From IMG/VR virus record IMGVR_UViG_3300048919_000265: 64,000 bases of DNA; one strand, given 5' to 3'. The stretch comes from a virus. The notes under the pieces were generated by a model, which ran no database searches, was not told the DNA's origin, and was given only the letters and a program-made list of their open reading frames with translations. This document shows, piece after piece, positions 9,844-19,590 of this stretch (within the stretch, counting starts at the first letter, position 1; each line of letters starts with the position of its first letter). Position numbers and translations under genes: made by a program.

Positions 9844-10114
9844 TCCACAAATGCTTCACGTCTATGCCCATTCTATTATTCAAAACAACATGCTTTACTT
9901 TCTTATCCACAATAACTACGCTACAATTATTACTTAAATCAACAAACACATTACTGCCCTCAACACTAAGACAGAAATCAACCACTGCCTTGTAATCTAT
10001 TAATTCCACGAACTCCAGCAAAACTATCTCGTCATCCTCAGGTATTTGTGCAAATTCGTCTCCCTGCCATAACTTCCAATTTCCATCTTCAGACTTAAAC
10101 AAACTGTATCTCAT
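9830..10114 (-). CDS. Hypothetical protein
   Basis: ORF overlapping downstream start. Confidence 0.65.
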   Translation of the reverse strand: MRYSLFKSEDGNWKLWQGDEFAQIPEDDEIVLLEFVELIDYKAVVDFCLSVEGSNVFVDLSNNCSVVIVDKKVKHVVLNNRMGIDVKHLWNEAN

Positions 10115-10135
10115 GTTATCACTCCAAACTTCTAC

Positions 10136-10576
10136 TTACAGCAATCGCAACTCAACTACTTCCCATTCAGTCTCAACTACTTCATAATTAACTTCAAGCT
10201 TTTGTAAATATTTCTCCGCATAAGCCTGTTCAGATCCTTCCCTAACGAAAAGAAAGTCTCGTTCCTTCGAAAATAGGTCATTCAACAATTGCCCTAATTC
10301 TTCTCTGGAATAAAAATTATCCTTTTCGTGTGCACAACCATTATCTAAATACTTAACCTTCTCTTCCCGCATACTTACAATCTTTCGATAATGCAAGTAA
10401 ACAGATTCCATCGTCGATTCTTCATTAACTTCTAAAATAAATCCGTTAAACTCACCTAACACAACAGGGTACTCTGAGTAAGTCCGATACTTGATCATAA
10501 GTTCAATAAAAGGTTTAACTCTCCCTGCTTCTGTAGATAGTAATGGACCAGAAATTCTATAAATCATCCTCAACAC
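10136..10576 (-). CDS. Hypothetical protein
   Basis: 146-aa ORF, RBS AGGTG. Confidence 0.7.
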   Translation of the reverse strand: MLRMIYRISGPLLSTEAGRVKPFIELMIKYRTYSEYPVVLGEFNGFILEVNEESTMESVYLHYRKIVSMREEKVKYLDNGCAHEKDNFYSREELGQLLNDLFSKERDFLFVREGSEQAYAEKYLQKLEVNYEVVETEWEVVELRLL

Positions 10577-10581
10577 CTACT

Positions 10582-10989
10582 TTACTTAACTTCAAACTTG
10601 ACTTTAGTTCCGTCGGGCAAATCTTTCACCCTTTGTGCCACCCACGATCCTGCACCTCTATTATCCTTTGGTGAAATATATTTAACACTGGCTTCTTTTC
10701 CTCCCTCACTACACATGGCCATCGGCCATTCATCACGATCATACCCTTTCTTGATCGGCACATTTTGCAACGAGACTTTTCTGTGTTTCTCAGCGTTACG
10801 TCGGTCAAGAGTGCAAACATTACTTAAGCCTGCGTTTATAGCAGACTTAATATGTTGTGCTGTTTGAGGATACTTATTGCTAGGAAAAGGTAAAACCACT
10901 TCTTCTGCTTTCTGATGATTAATAATACCTAATGTAATCAGACACCCAAACAACAATACAATTATTGTTCTTAATCGTATCACTATCAT
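10582..10989 (-). CDS. nucB: NucA/NucB family secreted deoxyribonuclease
   Basis: N-terminal hydrophobic segment; FPS.KYP.TA.HI, DR..A...R..SL, DRDEWPMAMC.EGG, DNRGAGSWV motifs. Confidence 0.88.
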   Translation of the reverse strand: MIVIRLRTIIVLLFGCLITLGIINHQKAEEVVLPFPSNKYPQTAQHIKSAINAGLSNVCTLDRRNAEKHRKVSLQNVPIKKGYDRDEWPMAMCSEGGKEASVKYISPKDNRGAGSWVAQRVKDLPDGTKVKFEVK

Positions 10990-10990
10990 A

Positions 10991-11362
10991 CTAATTCAGT
11001 CCAATGATTCTAAACGCAAACATTTTTCTATCCTTATTAGGATCGTTTTCTCCCAAAACCAAAGGTTTTACTGAAGTAACCTCAACAAATATCTCCCTTC
11101 CTGTATAACTTCCATTAGGGCCTACAAACTCGCGTAATCTAACCCAATCACCCGTTTTTAAATCCTTCATAGAAGTACCGCAATTTCTAATACCTTGCGA
11201 TATTTCAGAAAAATCATCTTCAATAGCATTGATTTTGACAACCTTAATTTTATTAAGCAAAGTGTATGCACGTAAACTTTGCTTGGCCTCTTCCGACTCG
11301 ATTACATAATTACTAGGTAATACCATTTCTGCATAATTAAAATTTAAACGCATCCTGATCAA
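10991..11362 (-). CDS. ASCH/PUA-like (DUF3850-like) domain protein
   Basis: F.EI..G....GD.V.LRE.....YTGREI.V.VT.V pattern. Confidence 0.6.
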   Translation of the reverse strand: MIRMRLNFNYAEMVLPSNYVIESEEAKQSLRAYTLLNKIKVVKINAIEDDFSEISQGIRNCGTSMKDLKTGDWVRLREFVGPNGSYTGREIFVEVTSVKPLVLGENDPNKDRKMFAFRIIGLN

Positions 11363-11597
11363 TCCTTCACTATATTATGATATGATTCCATATACTTAAA
11401 GAGAATCTATAACAAACTTAACAACTGCCTCATACAAAATATTATGAGTTTGATCCCACAAACATCCGTCTTTGTACTCCAGATAAAGACGTTTTAAGTC
11501 ACAATTTTATTCGGTGCACTCAATCCTCAAATCATAAATAACCAATTTAATTCCTACAAACAAAAGAGTTGTAATAACCAAACAACTAACAATCATA

Positions 11598-11960
11598 CTA
11601 AGCATCCATATGACGCTTACGATTATGTGTATAACCTAAAACTAGTTCGTGCAAAGCAAAGAAATCTTCATCAGAAATAGACTCCTTAAAATACTTTGTG
11701 CTCAACCTAATCAAGTCTTCTTGTTCAAATTTGTCAATATCTCCAGATCGAGCCACGTTAAACAAAAGTTTAGTAATAATTCTCTTTTCATTCTGCGACA
11801 ACTTCGTGTACTCCCTATAATTGCTAAATTTTTCAGCAATTCGGTATTCCAATAAAAAGAATCTCCACTTAATTATACGTGAGGTAATCTTGATCCCCGT
11901 GTATATTATACTTGTTATTATCAAACTGATTATAAGTATATTCAATGACGGCAAACTCAT
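11598..11960 (-). CDS. Membrane-anchored hypothetical protein
   Basis: N-terminal hydrophobic helix. Confidence 0.6.
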   Translation of the reverse strand: MSLPSLNILIISLIITSIIYTGIKITSRIIKWRFFLLEYRIAEKFSNYREYTKLSQNEKRIITKLLFNVARSGDIDKFEQEDLIRLSTKYFKESISDEDFFALHELVLGYTHNRKRHMDA

Positions 11961-12307
11961 TTCCCTTTCTCCACAATCAATTGCTCTTTATCATATACAG
12001 AAAGCTTGTAGTCTTTTGAAGTCAATAAATTTGTCAACTCTGACCAATCAGCAGCGAATGTAAATGCAATAGACCAAAGCCAGTCCTGTTCATACAATAC
12101 CCGCGGATCTTCTAAATCTATGATATCACCTTCACACTTAATTAAATGTTTGGAGACGAAAACCGGAGAAACTTCAAAAACTCTCCACAAAACTTCCTCT
12201 ATATCATCGTTATATCTAGAAGTACAGAAAATTCTCGTCCCTTCTTCGAGGGACATAACGATATAATACTTATTTTCTAAACTTATCCCATTCATATAAT
12301 CTAACAC
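11957..12307 (-). CDS. Hypothetical protein
   Basis: ORF, 4-nt overlap with downstream gene. Confidence 0.65.
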   Translation of the reverse strand: MLDYMNGISLENKYYIVMSLEEGTRIFCTSRYNDDIEEVLWRVFEVSPVFVSKHLIKCEGDIIDLEDPRVLYEQDWLWSIAFTFAADWSELTNLLTSKDYKLSVYDKEQLIVEKGK

Positions 12308-12674
12308 CTTTCACTTTAAGATTCATTAAACACTCTTGCAAATACTCTTCGTCGTGCTCTGCGTACACCTTACCTTCAAGTTTGGTAAACAATTCTAAAT
12401 CAAAAATATGTAAGTCCCACGGGTCACTTCTATCTCCGCGAAACAAAGGATCAAGCCAACGATAATCTGTCCAAGCATGACCGCGTCTCTTTTTCTCCTT
12501 CATTACCTCTATATGATATCTAGATAACAAAGCAGGGTTGTGCAGGAACACATAATTAACTGTACTATGAGGCCTATTCCAACCTAACCCCCGCAAAGCA
12601 CAGCATTCACGGTGTTGCCCATTAAGTTGCATTCCCGGTAAATGAGGTAATAAATCCTGATGCCACAGTCTCAT
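12270..12674 (-). CDS. TIGR02328 family / pyrimidine-dimer DNA glycosylase-like protein
   Basis: MRLWH..L...LP..QL.GQHRECCALRG.GW...HSTVNYVF signature; C-terminal EHDEEYL.ECL.NL..KG. Confidence 0.82.
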   Translation of the reverse strand: MRLWHQDLLPHLPGMQLNGQHRECCALRGLGWNRPHSTVNYVFLHNPALLSRYHIEVMKEKKRRGHAWTDYRWLDPLFRGDRSDPWDLHIFDLELFTKLEGKVYAEHDEEYLQECLMNLKVKGVRLYEWDKFRK

Positions 12675-12695
12675 AGTACACGCCCCCCAAATTTA

Positions 12696-13055
12696 TCATT
12701 TCAAAACAGCAGCAAGTTTCTCTTTATCCACCTTAGATAAGCTTTCCCTCACACAATCAGATAGTAGTATGAAGTCAGAATCCGTTATAGTACCTTCAAT
12801 ATATGCTTTACATAAGTGCTTAATATTAACGGGTGCCACCCCGACCCTCTCGAAATAAAGCTCGACTCCTATTAACACCCGCTCTGCTATCCTTTTTTCT
12901 ATTGTGGATAACTCAACAAAACTCCTATGTTTATCCATATCTAAGGCGAAAATATAATACCTTTTCGGGGAATTTATGATAACTTCAGTTATGATTTTGC
13001 CTATTAACACAATAGCAGCGGCAAACGCCACACATATCAAAATCACAGTTGACAA
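12696..13055 (-). CDS. Membrane-anchored hypothetical protein
   Basis: N-terminal TM helix. Confidence 0.65.
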   Translation of the reverse strand: MSTVILICVAFAAAIVLIGKIITEVIINSPKRYYIFALDMDKHRSFVELSTIEKRIAERVLIGVELYFERVGVAPVNIKHLCKAYIEGTITDSDFILLSDCVRESLSKVDKEKLAAVLK

Positions 13056-13085
13056 GACATATCACCCTCAATCCGGATTAGTTGT

Positions 13086-13529
13086 CTAAATTCCTCGCAT
13101 AAGCTGGGATACTCGACATTGCGACACCCCTAATGCGTTTCCATACTGTCTTTGCGTAAGACCTGGTCTCTCGAGCATTATCTGTTTTAATTTATTAATT
13201 AACTCTTCGGACCTAACGCTCTTTGAAGGCACGTCCGATTTGGTCTCTGTAAAAGCTGTTTCAAAACAATCACCAGCTTTTATTTCTCCAATACATCTAG
13301 AACAGAGGAAACTGTCTTTAAAATAAGTTAAATTATCTAACGATTCACACATTTTGCAAGAAACACCAGTGTATTTCCTTAAAACTAGCATATTTTTATC
13401 CATATCGATAAATATTTCCATAGCGTCCCCACCTTCGATATCCATCAAGGTTCTCATCTCTTTGGGGAGAACAATTCTCCCCAAGTTATCCAATGCTCGT
13501 ACTATTCCTGTACTTTTCAAAACACTCAC
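13086..13529 (-). CDS. AbrB/MazE/SpoVT family regulator with Cys4 module and C-terminal HTH
   Basis: KSTGIVR.LD.LGRIVLPKE.R AbrB motif; C..C...C..C; TQRQYGNALGVSQCRVSQL HTH. Confidence 0.85.
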   Translation of the reverse strand: MSVLKSTGIVRALDNLGRIVLPKEMRTLMDIEGGDAMEIFIDMDKNMLVLRKYTGVSCKMCESLDNLTYFKDSFLCSRCIGEIKAGDCFETAFTETKSDVPSKSVRSEELINKLKQIMLERPGLTQRQYGNALGVSQCRVSQLMRGI

Positions 13530-13619
13530 CCTTTGCTAATTAATTTCTAAAAATATTCCGACAGTCCGAAGTTGCTTATTCTGTTAACTAATCCATCATT
13601 CCTAGCAATACTTGACACC

Positions 13620-14015
13620 TTAGTTCATACTCCACCCTCTATTTAATTGCATCTCAAATCTATCTTCTTCCCTTGGTAAATATTCACTAAGATTTGTCCA
13701 ATCCCAATCAAGATAATTAACAACAAACATTTTTATCACAGCAGCCATGGTTTCGTTATCATAAGATAACCCGAGTTCCTTCGTCAACAGATGGAATGCT
13801 CTTGGTTCAATACAGTGATCCCGCCAGCCATCACGAAGTGTTTCGTTTTCCCACGAGACTGTTTCAACTTTACCATTAGGATGTAAGACAAATAAGTCAT
13901 ACCACTTCAGATAGTTTTCCACTGTAAGCATAGAAGTATATGCTCTTTGTGTTACCAATTCAATACCACGATCACTAACTTTTACGTTAGGATTATTCGA
14001 CCCTGCATTACTCAT
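13620..14015 (-). CDS. Hypothetical protein
   Basis: 131-aa ORF with RBS GAGGGGG. Confidence 0.7.
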   Translation of the reverse strand: MSNAGSNNPNVKVSDRGIELVTQRAYTSMLTVENYLKWYDLFVLHPNGKVETVSWENETLRDGWRDHCIEPRAFHLLTKELGLSYDNETMAAVIKMFVVNYLDWDWTNLSEYLPREEDRFEMQLNRGWSMN

Positions 14016-14027
14016 CTTTATCCCCCC

Positions 14028-14372
14028 TCATCCATACTCATTGATTTCGTAGCCAGCATCTCGCAACCAATCTGCAACCAAATGCCTGTGACAAAATTTA
14101 TCTTTACCTTCCCAGCAAATGAAAGTTGCATCATCACCATACTTGTCGATCAGTACTTTAGCATCCAACTCACGTAGTTGCTTTTTATAAAAATAGCGGT
14201 ACTCTTCTTCACCTATTTTACCCTTTTTATAATCCCATAATAATTGTGAAGATGGCATCAACTCACCGCAAACTTTACCATTAAAACCAGGAACCAAAGT
14301 TCTTGCTATGCACACTAGGTTCAGGCCGGGTGGCATAGTTTTTACCTTTGAAAAATAAGAAGTATGTAACAT
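14028..14372 (-). CDS. DUF488 family protein
   Basis: TSYF, L.PS..LL..YK.G.I...EY...Y..QL, L/FICWE....CHRHLVA.WL motifs. Confidence 0.8.
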   Translation of the reverse strand: MLHTSYFSKVKTMPPGLNLVCIARTLVPGFNGKVCGELMPSSQLLWDYKKGKIGEEEYRYFYKKQLRELDAKVLIDKYGDDATFICWEGKDKFCHRHLVADWLRDAGYEINEYG

Positions 14373-14434
14373 GTTTCAACCGCCCTTATTTAACTTTAAT
14401 TGTACAAATTTATATTGAATATTTACTCCAATAT

Positions 14435-14668
14435 TTACATCCATACGTCACCAGCTGTATTGTGAACCTTACAAGGAACTTCTTTGTAGCCTTTTTGAGA
14501 AACCAGGTATTCCTCAATCTGAGAAATACGCATTTCACTACCAAGCTTATCTATAGCCTCCTGCACATCCACACCAAAATCAGATTCGGATTTGTCATCA
14601 TGAGTAAATATTGTGTCCGTACCATTATATTCACAAGTTGACCAGTAAATAACCTTAAACAAATTCAT
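14435..14668 (-). CDS. Hypothetical protein
   Basis: ORF with RBS GGAGGG. Confidence 0.65.
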   Translation of the reverse strand: MNLFKVIYWSTCEYNGTDTIFTHDDKSESDFGVDVQEAIDKLGSEMRISQIEEYLVSQKGYKEVPCKVHNTAGDVWM

Positions 14669-14687
14669 TAAATCCCTCCCTCTTTAT

Positions 14688-15146
14688 TTACTTGTTAAAG
14701 TTCCTGAAAAGTTCATCCACGGAAGTGTTCAAATAATTTGCCGCTAATTCCGCCCTTTCAGGATACCTAGGTTTAGCTCCCTCAAATAACCATCTAGTAA
14801 TTGTTCTTTGGCTTACTCCAACAGCTACTGCTAAATCTTTAGTAGAACATTTACTAGCGATCATAGCATCATATAAGTTCTGATTAGTGGGTACCCAACT
14901 TACTAATGTTCGTATTGTTATCCTATCAGGACATTTACCGTTCAAAAGCACTTTACTGCAATGAGGGCATAAACCCTTCTTGATTCTTTTACTTTTCATA
15001 GTTTCCCTATCCCGTAATAAGATTCCTCTACACTGACCACATAAATAAGTAGTAGATGCAACTTTACACCTCGCACATAATCCTTGTTTTCTACGCGACC
15101 GTCTTAGTCTCCGCATAGATTCATCAGAAGTAGGCATCGCACCCAC
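14688..15146 (-). CDS. Zinc-finger plus XRE-type HTH DNA-binding protein
   Basis: Basic Cys-rich N-half (C..C x3); STKDLAVAVGVSQRTITRW HTH, L...VDELF tail. Confidence 0.75.
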   Translation of the reverse strand: MGAMPTSDESMRRLRRSRRKQGLCARCKVASTTYLCGQCRGILLRDRETMKSKRIKKGLCPHCSKVLLNGKCPDRITIRTLVSWVPTNQNLYDAMIASKCSTKDLAVAVGVSQRTITRWLFEGAKPRYPERAELAANYLNTSVDELFRNFNK

Positions 15147-15207
15147 ACTCCCCCCTAATTTAAACTAGTTGACAATTAAACTGAACTACCCCACGACAAA
15201 ATGTGTT

Positions 15208-15402
15208 CTATAACGGCCTCATTTTTAAACAATCTGGACAATTAAGAGCAACAGTGTCAGATTGTATTCTTAGATAAGGATAAATATTATCCTTATCGCA
15301 CAGAGCTACACGTTTTTGTGCCTTTTCTAGATCTACAAAATGAATTAATCTGCTAGCTTTACCATACCCATAGTCATTATATAACTTACCCACAACTGTC
15401 AC
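15208..15402 (-). CDS. Small hypothetical Zn-binding protein
   Basis: H...ALC...C..C pattern. Confidence 0.55.
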   Translation of the reverse strand: MTVVGKLYNDYGYGKASRLIHFVDLEKAQKRVALCDKDNIYPYLRIQSDTVALNCPDCLKMRPL

Positions 15403-15604
15403 CCCATTTCACTGTTCTCATTTTTTATTCAGCTTAATATAGATTTAATGCCCGCAAATAAAAGGTTTTGAACTGCCTCAAATCTTTTTCCAACTCATCA
15501 CTAAAATTAATACTATAAGGACAAAAGCAATATAAATTCTCCAAGACATTGGAGAATTGTTAACAAACCAGTGGAAACTTCCAGTATATTGACCTTCAAA
15601 TAAA

Positions 15605-15940
15605 CTATACATTAAGATCCTCCTGCGTATTCAAAATTTGCTCATTACTATAAATAGCAAAATATCCATCGTGAGGCTTATAACTTATTAGCTTATCATA
15701 AATAATCTTAGCAGTAGGTGGATCACACATAAATTTCCGGGTAACATCTATTCCAATATGCTCGGTAATATAAGGAGTTTCCAAGGTCGTTACTATTTCA
15801 TCTGCCACCAATATGGTAACTTTAAACCCTTCGGAAACTAGTCTGTCAAATACTAATTTAGCATCAAATACATCACCGGTAGTTGGATCAATCGTCACAA
15901 ACCCGAGTTTATCCTTATAGACAAAGCAAATAGTTTCCAT
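15605..15940 (-). CDS. Hypothetical protein
   Basis: RBS AGGAGG before ATG (METICF...). Confidence 0.65.
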   Translation of the reverse strand: METICFVYKDKLGFVTIDPTTGDVFDAKLVFDRLVSEGFKVTILVADEIVTTLETPYITEHIGIDVTRKFMCDPPTAKIIYDKLISYKPHDGYFAIYSNEQILNTQEDLNV

Positions 15941-15951
15941 AATTTCCTCCT

Positions 15952-17838
15952 TCAGGTGGCTGGTTCCTCCAACCACCGGGTGTAATCTGAATCTCCACTA
16001 TAAGTTAATGCTAATATCTCCATGCTACGCGTCATACCAATATACACTAAGGAAGCCTCTCTATCCTTATCCATGTCAATAGGGTACGGACATAATTCCA
16101 TACTCATCATGAAAACTACTCTAAAATCTAACCCTTTACTACTATCTAGAGTTGATACCTTAACGCATTCCTCTGTTTCGTCGTAATCTCTTTTACTTTT
16201 AGCATCCTTAGTTAACCAGTAGAAAGGTATGTTATACCTCTTTAAGCAATTCAAAAGTGTCTCCACATAACCATATCGCCTAAAGCTTTTAACCCTATAC
16301 AAAATCGCAATGTCTGCATATCTAACCCTACTAGCGTCATGTAACTTACGTATACTACGCACAACCCAATCAACTTCATCCTCCGTAGATTTAAATCTAC
16401 GAGTAATCGGTTCCATCCCACGTCTCTTCGTGCCCCTTGGTGGAATAATTTCAATTGTATCTGAAAGGGTCTCTTTTATTTTGTCTTTGGAACTAGAATT
16501 AGCCATAAAGAATTTCCAAGAAAAATTTAATATTTGTTGCGTGTTCCTATAGTTCACACTAAGAACACGAGAACGTCCTCTAAAATCTAATCCAGTATCC
16601 TTAGCGAGGCTATTTTTACGGCGGTAAATATCTTGAGCTTTATCCTCAACCAATAGTAGAGATTCCGTCATAGGATTTAAACAGGCTAAAGCCATTCGTA
16701 CCCACTCGGGTTTAAAGTCCTGATACTCGTCAATTAATATAGAATCATAACGAGGTAAACTTCCTAGCTCCGCTAACTGACCATCCAACAAACTACTGAT
16801 ACGAGAGTCATTATGCAATCCCACACAATCACGCAACCATTCATGAAAAGTCATAACCACTACATTATCACGCAACTCGGAATTATCAGTAAATCGTATA
16901 TCAATCATGCTTTTTAATCTTCTCGATAATGGAACCCCGTAACACAAAATGAGTATTCTCCAGGTAGGCTCTTTAACCGCTAAAACTTTTGCCCTGGCTG
17001 CTAAGATCAACGTCTTACCGCTCCCCGCAACACCTCTAATCAGTCGGTGTTTATCCCCTGTTTGCTTTGCTAATAATTCTTGATATAGATCCATAGCCTT
17101 TACACTTTTCAAGCTAAGCAAAGTGTCTTCTTTATACTTGGCTTGTTTCTTTCCTAATCTTACTTCCGGAAATAGCTGCCATCTAATACTATCGATATCA
17201 TCAGAAGTTAACTCTGCATTAAAGGACCTACCAAGCATCGACCATAATTTCTCTAGAAAGTCATCTGCGCTGAAGTCATCGTCGTCTTGATCTATATCTT
17301 CTCTGCCTAAGATTAGGTTACTATCTATTACATCAACGATACCGGATTTTACCAATTGATACTCTTTCATTCTTGTGAAAACCGTAGCATACGCATAAGG
17401 AAACTTTAAATTCCCTGCATATTTGCCTTCCTGCTGCACAAGATCAGGATCTTTCTTAAGCTTGTTAACTATAGCAAAAGCATAGCCACGTGCCTGTAAA
17501 ATCGGATTATCCACACTAGCTATTTTCCCCTCGCTAGTGTGTAACCTCCAAGTTTGCGGCGATAACTCGTACAACGTCTTCTCTGTATAATCTTTTACTT
17601 CTAAAACGAGTATTCCACGATTAGGAGCTATCACTAAGTAATCAAGCCTCTTCCCTAAAACCTCTAACTCGTAATACACAATGTAATCATCTGGTAGTAC
17701 ATCCCTAAGGGTTCTGAATAAGACTCTCTCACCAGCAGTGGCCTTACTGGGGATGCTATCAGGAATCATTAGTGCCATAGGTACACTTCCTAACTTAAAT
17801 TTTCTATGAGGGAGCTGATAGATCAACTCCCCTAACAA
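15952..17838 (-). CDS. NERD nuclease domain fused to UvrD-like SF1 helicase (likely start MALMIP at 17778)
   Basis: NERD D...I......LEVKD; Walker A GVAGSGKT; Walker B ILIDEYQDF; LSVNYRNT; SSKGLDF; YIGMTRS. Confidence 0.9.
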   Translation of the reverse strand: MLGELIYQLPHRKFKLGSVPMALMIPDSIPSKATAGERVLFRTLRDVLPDDYIVYYELEVLGKRLDYLVIAPNRGILVLEVKDYTEKTLYELSPQTWRLHTSEGKIASVDNPILQARGYAFAIVNKLKKDPDLVQQEGKYAGNLKFPYAYATVFTRMKEYQLVKSGIVDVIDSNLILGREDIDQDDDDFSADDFLEKLWSMLGRSFNAELTSDDIDSIRWQLFPEVRLGKKQAKYKEDTLLSLKSVKAMDLYQELLAKQTGDKHRLIRGVAGSGKTLILAARAKVLAVKEPTWRILILCYGVPLSRRLKSMIDIRFTDNSELRDNVVVMTFHEWLRDCVGLHNDSRISSLLDGQLAELGSLPRYDSILIDEYQDFKPEWVRMALACLNPMTESLLLVEDKAQDIYRRKNSLAKDTGLDFRGRSRVLSVNYRNTQQILNFSWKFFMANSSSKDKIKETLSDTIEIIPPRGTKRRGMEPITRRFKSTEDEVDWVVRSIRKLHDASRVRYADIAILYRVKSFRRYGYVETLLNCLKRYNIPFYWLTKDAKSKRDYDETEECVKVSTLDSSKGLDFRVVFMMSMELCPYPIDMDKDREASLVYIGMTRSMEILALTYSGDSDYTRWLEEPAT

Positions 17839-17846
17839 AATTTAAA

Positions 17847-18368
17847 TCAGCTAAATAGCACACCTTTACGGCGCAACTCCATTAGTTTATCTGTCTGGTT
17901 GGTTTTAATCAAATACCGTGGATGTAACTCTTCATAATTATCCGAGTCATCCATCATTATCCAGTAATCATCTTCTAGACACATAGACCTTGTTAGCTTA
18001 TTTATTTGCCAGACATTGTAATGTTCTAATCCTAACATATTTAAGATCTCTTCTAGATTCTCCCTATCTTCCGGTACTATCCTGCCTCGTAACCAATTAC
18101 TTATACGGTAATTACTAGGGATAACTGTAATATCTGGCACTACTTGGCCGGCTACTAGTGTGGCGGGGTAAATCCCAATCGGGAAGGATAGAATTTGTAA
18201 GTCTTCTCTGATTCGTACAGGTTCATAATCAAAACTATTTAGACGCAAAGGACGTACAACCTTACCCTCTCTAATATGCTGAGGAACCAGTTTCTCCTGC
18301 TTACGTATTAAATTTCCCACATATATATTCTTCCACATTAATTTATATTTTGTTTCTGACAACTTCAT
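17847..18368 (-). CDS. HipA N-terminal-subdomain-like (HipS-like) protein, partner of adjacent kinase
   Basis: W...R..P..R..L..IL..LGL..Y..W....LT......DDYW pattern; start overlaps kinase 3' end. Confidence 0.6.
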   Translation of the reverse strand: MKLSETKYKLMWKNIYVGNLIRKQEKLVPQHIREGKVVRPLRLNSFDYEPVRIREDLQILSFPIGIYPATLVAGQVVPDITVIPSNYRISNWLRGRIVPEDRENLEEILNMLGLEHYNVWQINKLTRSMCLEDDYWIMMDDSDNYEELHPRYLIKTNQTDKLMELRRKGVLFS

Positions 18369-19182
18369 ACCTCCCAGCAAACATCTTTTTCATTAACTCT
18401 AGTCTACTCGGAGAAAACATAAATGAGTACTTATCAAACACTTGTAACGCCTCTTCTACATCAACGGATAAATTCAATCCCAAACTGCCTACATCTTTAA
18501 CTAGTTCTATAGCCTTACTTTGCTTATTTCGAAAGGGAAGAGCTTTTCCTCGTCTGATCAAATTCTCATCCCCATAAGGCAACTCGCGCTCATCATATTG
18601 ACCAAGCAATCCATAACCATGATCGAAAAAGGGAGCAAATCTATAGCTTCTACCAAAATTTGTTACTATACCAAAATTATTGAGATGTCTATCAGGGTTA
18701 TCCAACAGATAATCTAATACAATCATCTGATCAAAATTCTCCACCAAATCCGGAAACTTCTCACAAAATATAGTGTACAAATCACTATTTTTATATACTG
18801 GTGCATCCTCGGCCAATTTAGCGAAAGGAACAAATTCTTCCCCTTCTCCGACGAGGAAAGATTTAGACACGCAAACAATCACGTCATCTTCGGCGTCTAA
18901 TCTTTCCATAGGAATCACCGCCAGCTCATAGCTAGCGCAGTTAAATCCTAACAACCCACCCAACTCATACGCTATTACTTCACACGTTGGTTGAATGTTG
19001 CTATAACTATTACCGATTTCTTTACCAGCTTTTATATAGTAAACAGATCCTTCTATATTTGCTGTAAATTTACGCAACACACCTTTAGACGTACCGGACA
19101 ACATTAAACTACGCAACAATTCCTCTTGCAGATGAGGAACTACTTCTTCGTCTCCAAACATATCCAATCTTCTCACCCGCAC
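18343..19182 (-). CDS. HipA/CtkA-like Ser/Thr kinase
   Basis: SKG P-loop, YYIK, CEVIAY, DYLLDNPDRHLNNFG catalytic loop, FAPFFDHG. Confidence 0.85.
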   Translation of the reverse strand: MRVRRLDMFGDEEVVPHLQEELLRSLMLSGTSKGVLRKFTANIEGSVYYIKAGKEIGNSYSNIQPTCEVIAYELGGLLGFNCASYELAVIPMERLDAEDDVIVCVSKSFLVGEGEEFVPFAKLAEDAPVYKNSDLYTIFCEKFPDLVENFDQMIVLDYLLDNPDRHLNNFGIVTNFGRSYRFAPFFDHGYGLLGQYDERELPYGDENLIRRGKALPFRNKQSKAIELVKDVGSLGLNLSVDVEEALQVFDKYSFMFSPSRLELMKKMFAGRYEVVRNKI

Positions 19183-19212
19183 ACCGCCTTATTTATTCTT
19201 GGCACTCCATAG

Positions 19213-19236
19213 GTTATCGGAATCTCTTCCGATAAC
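19213..19236. promoter_or_regulatory. Perfect inverted repeat upstream of kinase operon (operator or hairpin)
   Basis: GTTATCGGAA-tctc-TTCCGATAAC, no U-tract; TTGACA just upstream on minus strand. Confidence 0.5.
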
Positions 19237-19245
19237 TTAGCAATG

Positions 19246-19590
19246 TCAATAATTTGCTAACCTCAGCACGCATTCATCTTTAAATGGAAGATACAATTTA
19301 CTTTCATCCAACTCCACGTTTGTAAAGCTTCCACCACTAAGATCATAGAGACTAATGTGACCGTCCGTATGATAAAGAATCCATTCCCACGAATTGGCAT
19401 TATCTGTATCCCGCGTAAACTTAAATATTTCCGGCCATACTTCATCAATCGAATTAGTAATAGTTCTTCCCATGTCTAAGTCAAGCACATGTATAACTTT
19501 ATTATTTTTATCTATAACAACACTAACGTGAGTCTTCACTCTTTCCCCGACTGCAACATTAACTCCTATCATAAGCACTCTCCCCTTCAT
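19246..19590 (-). CDS. Phage-type hypothetical protein
   Basis: I...DLD.G.TITNSID.V...Y.TDG pattern recalled from phage hypotheticals. Confidence 0.65.
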   Translation of the reverse strand: MKGRVLMIGVNVAVGERVKTHVSVVIDKNNKVIHVLDLDMGRTITNSIDEVWPEIFKFTRDTDNANSWEWILYHTDGHISLYDLSGGSFTNVELDESKLYLPFKDECVLRLANY

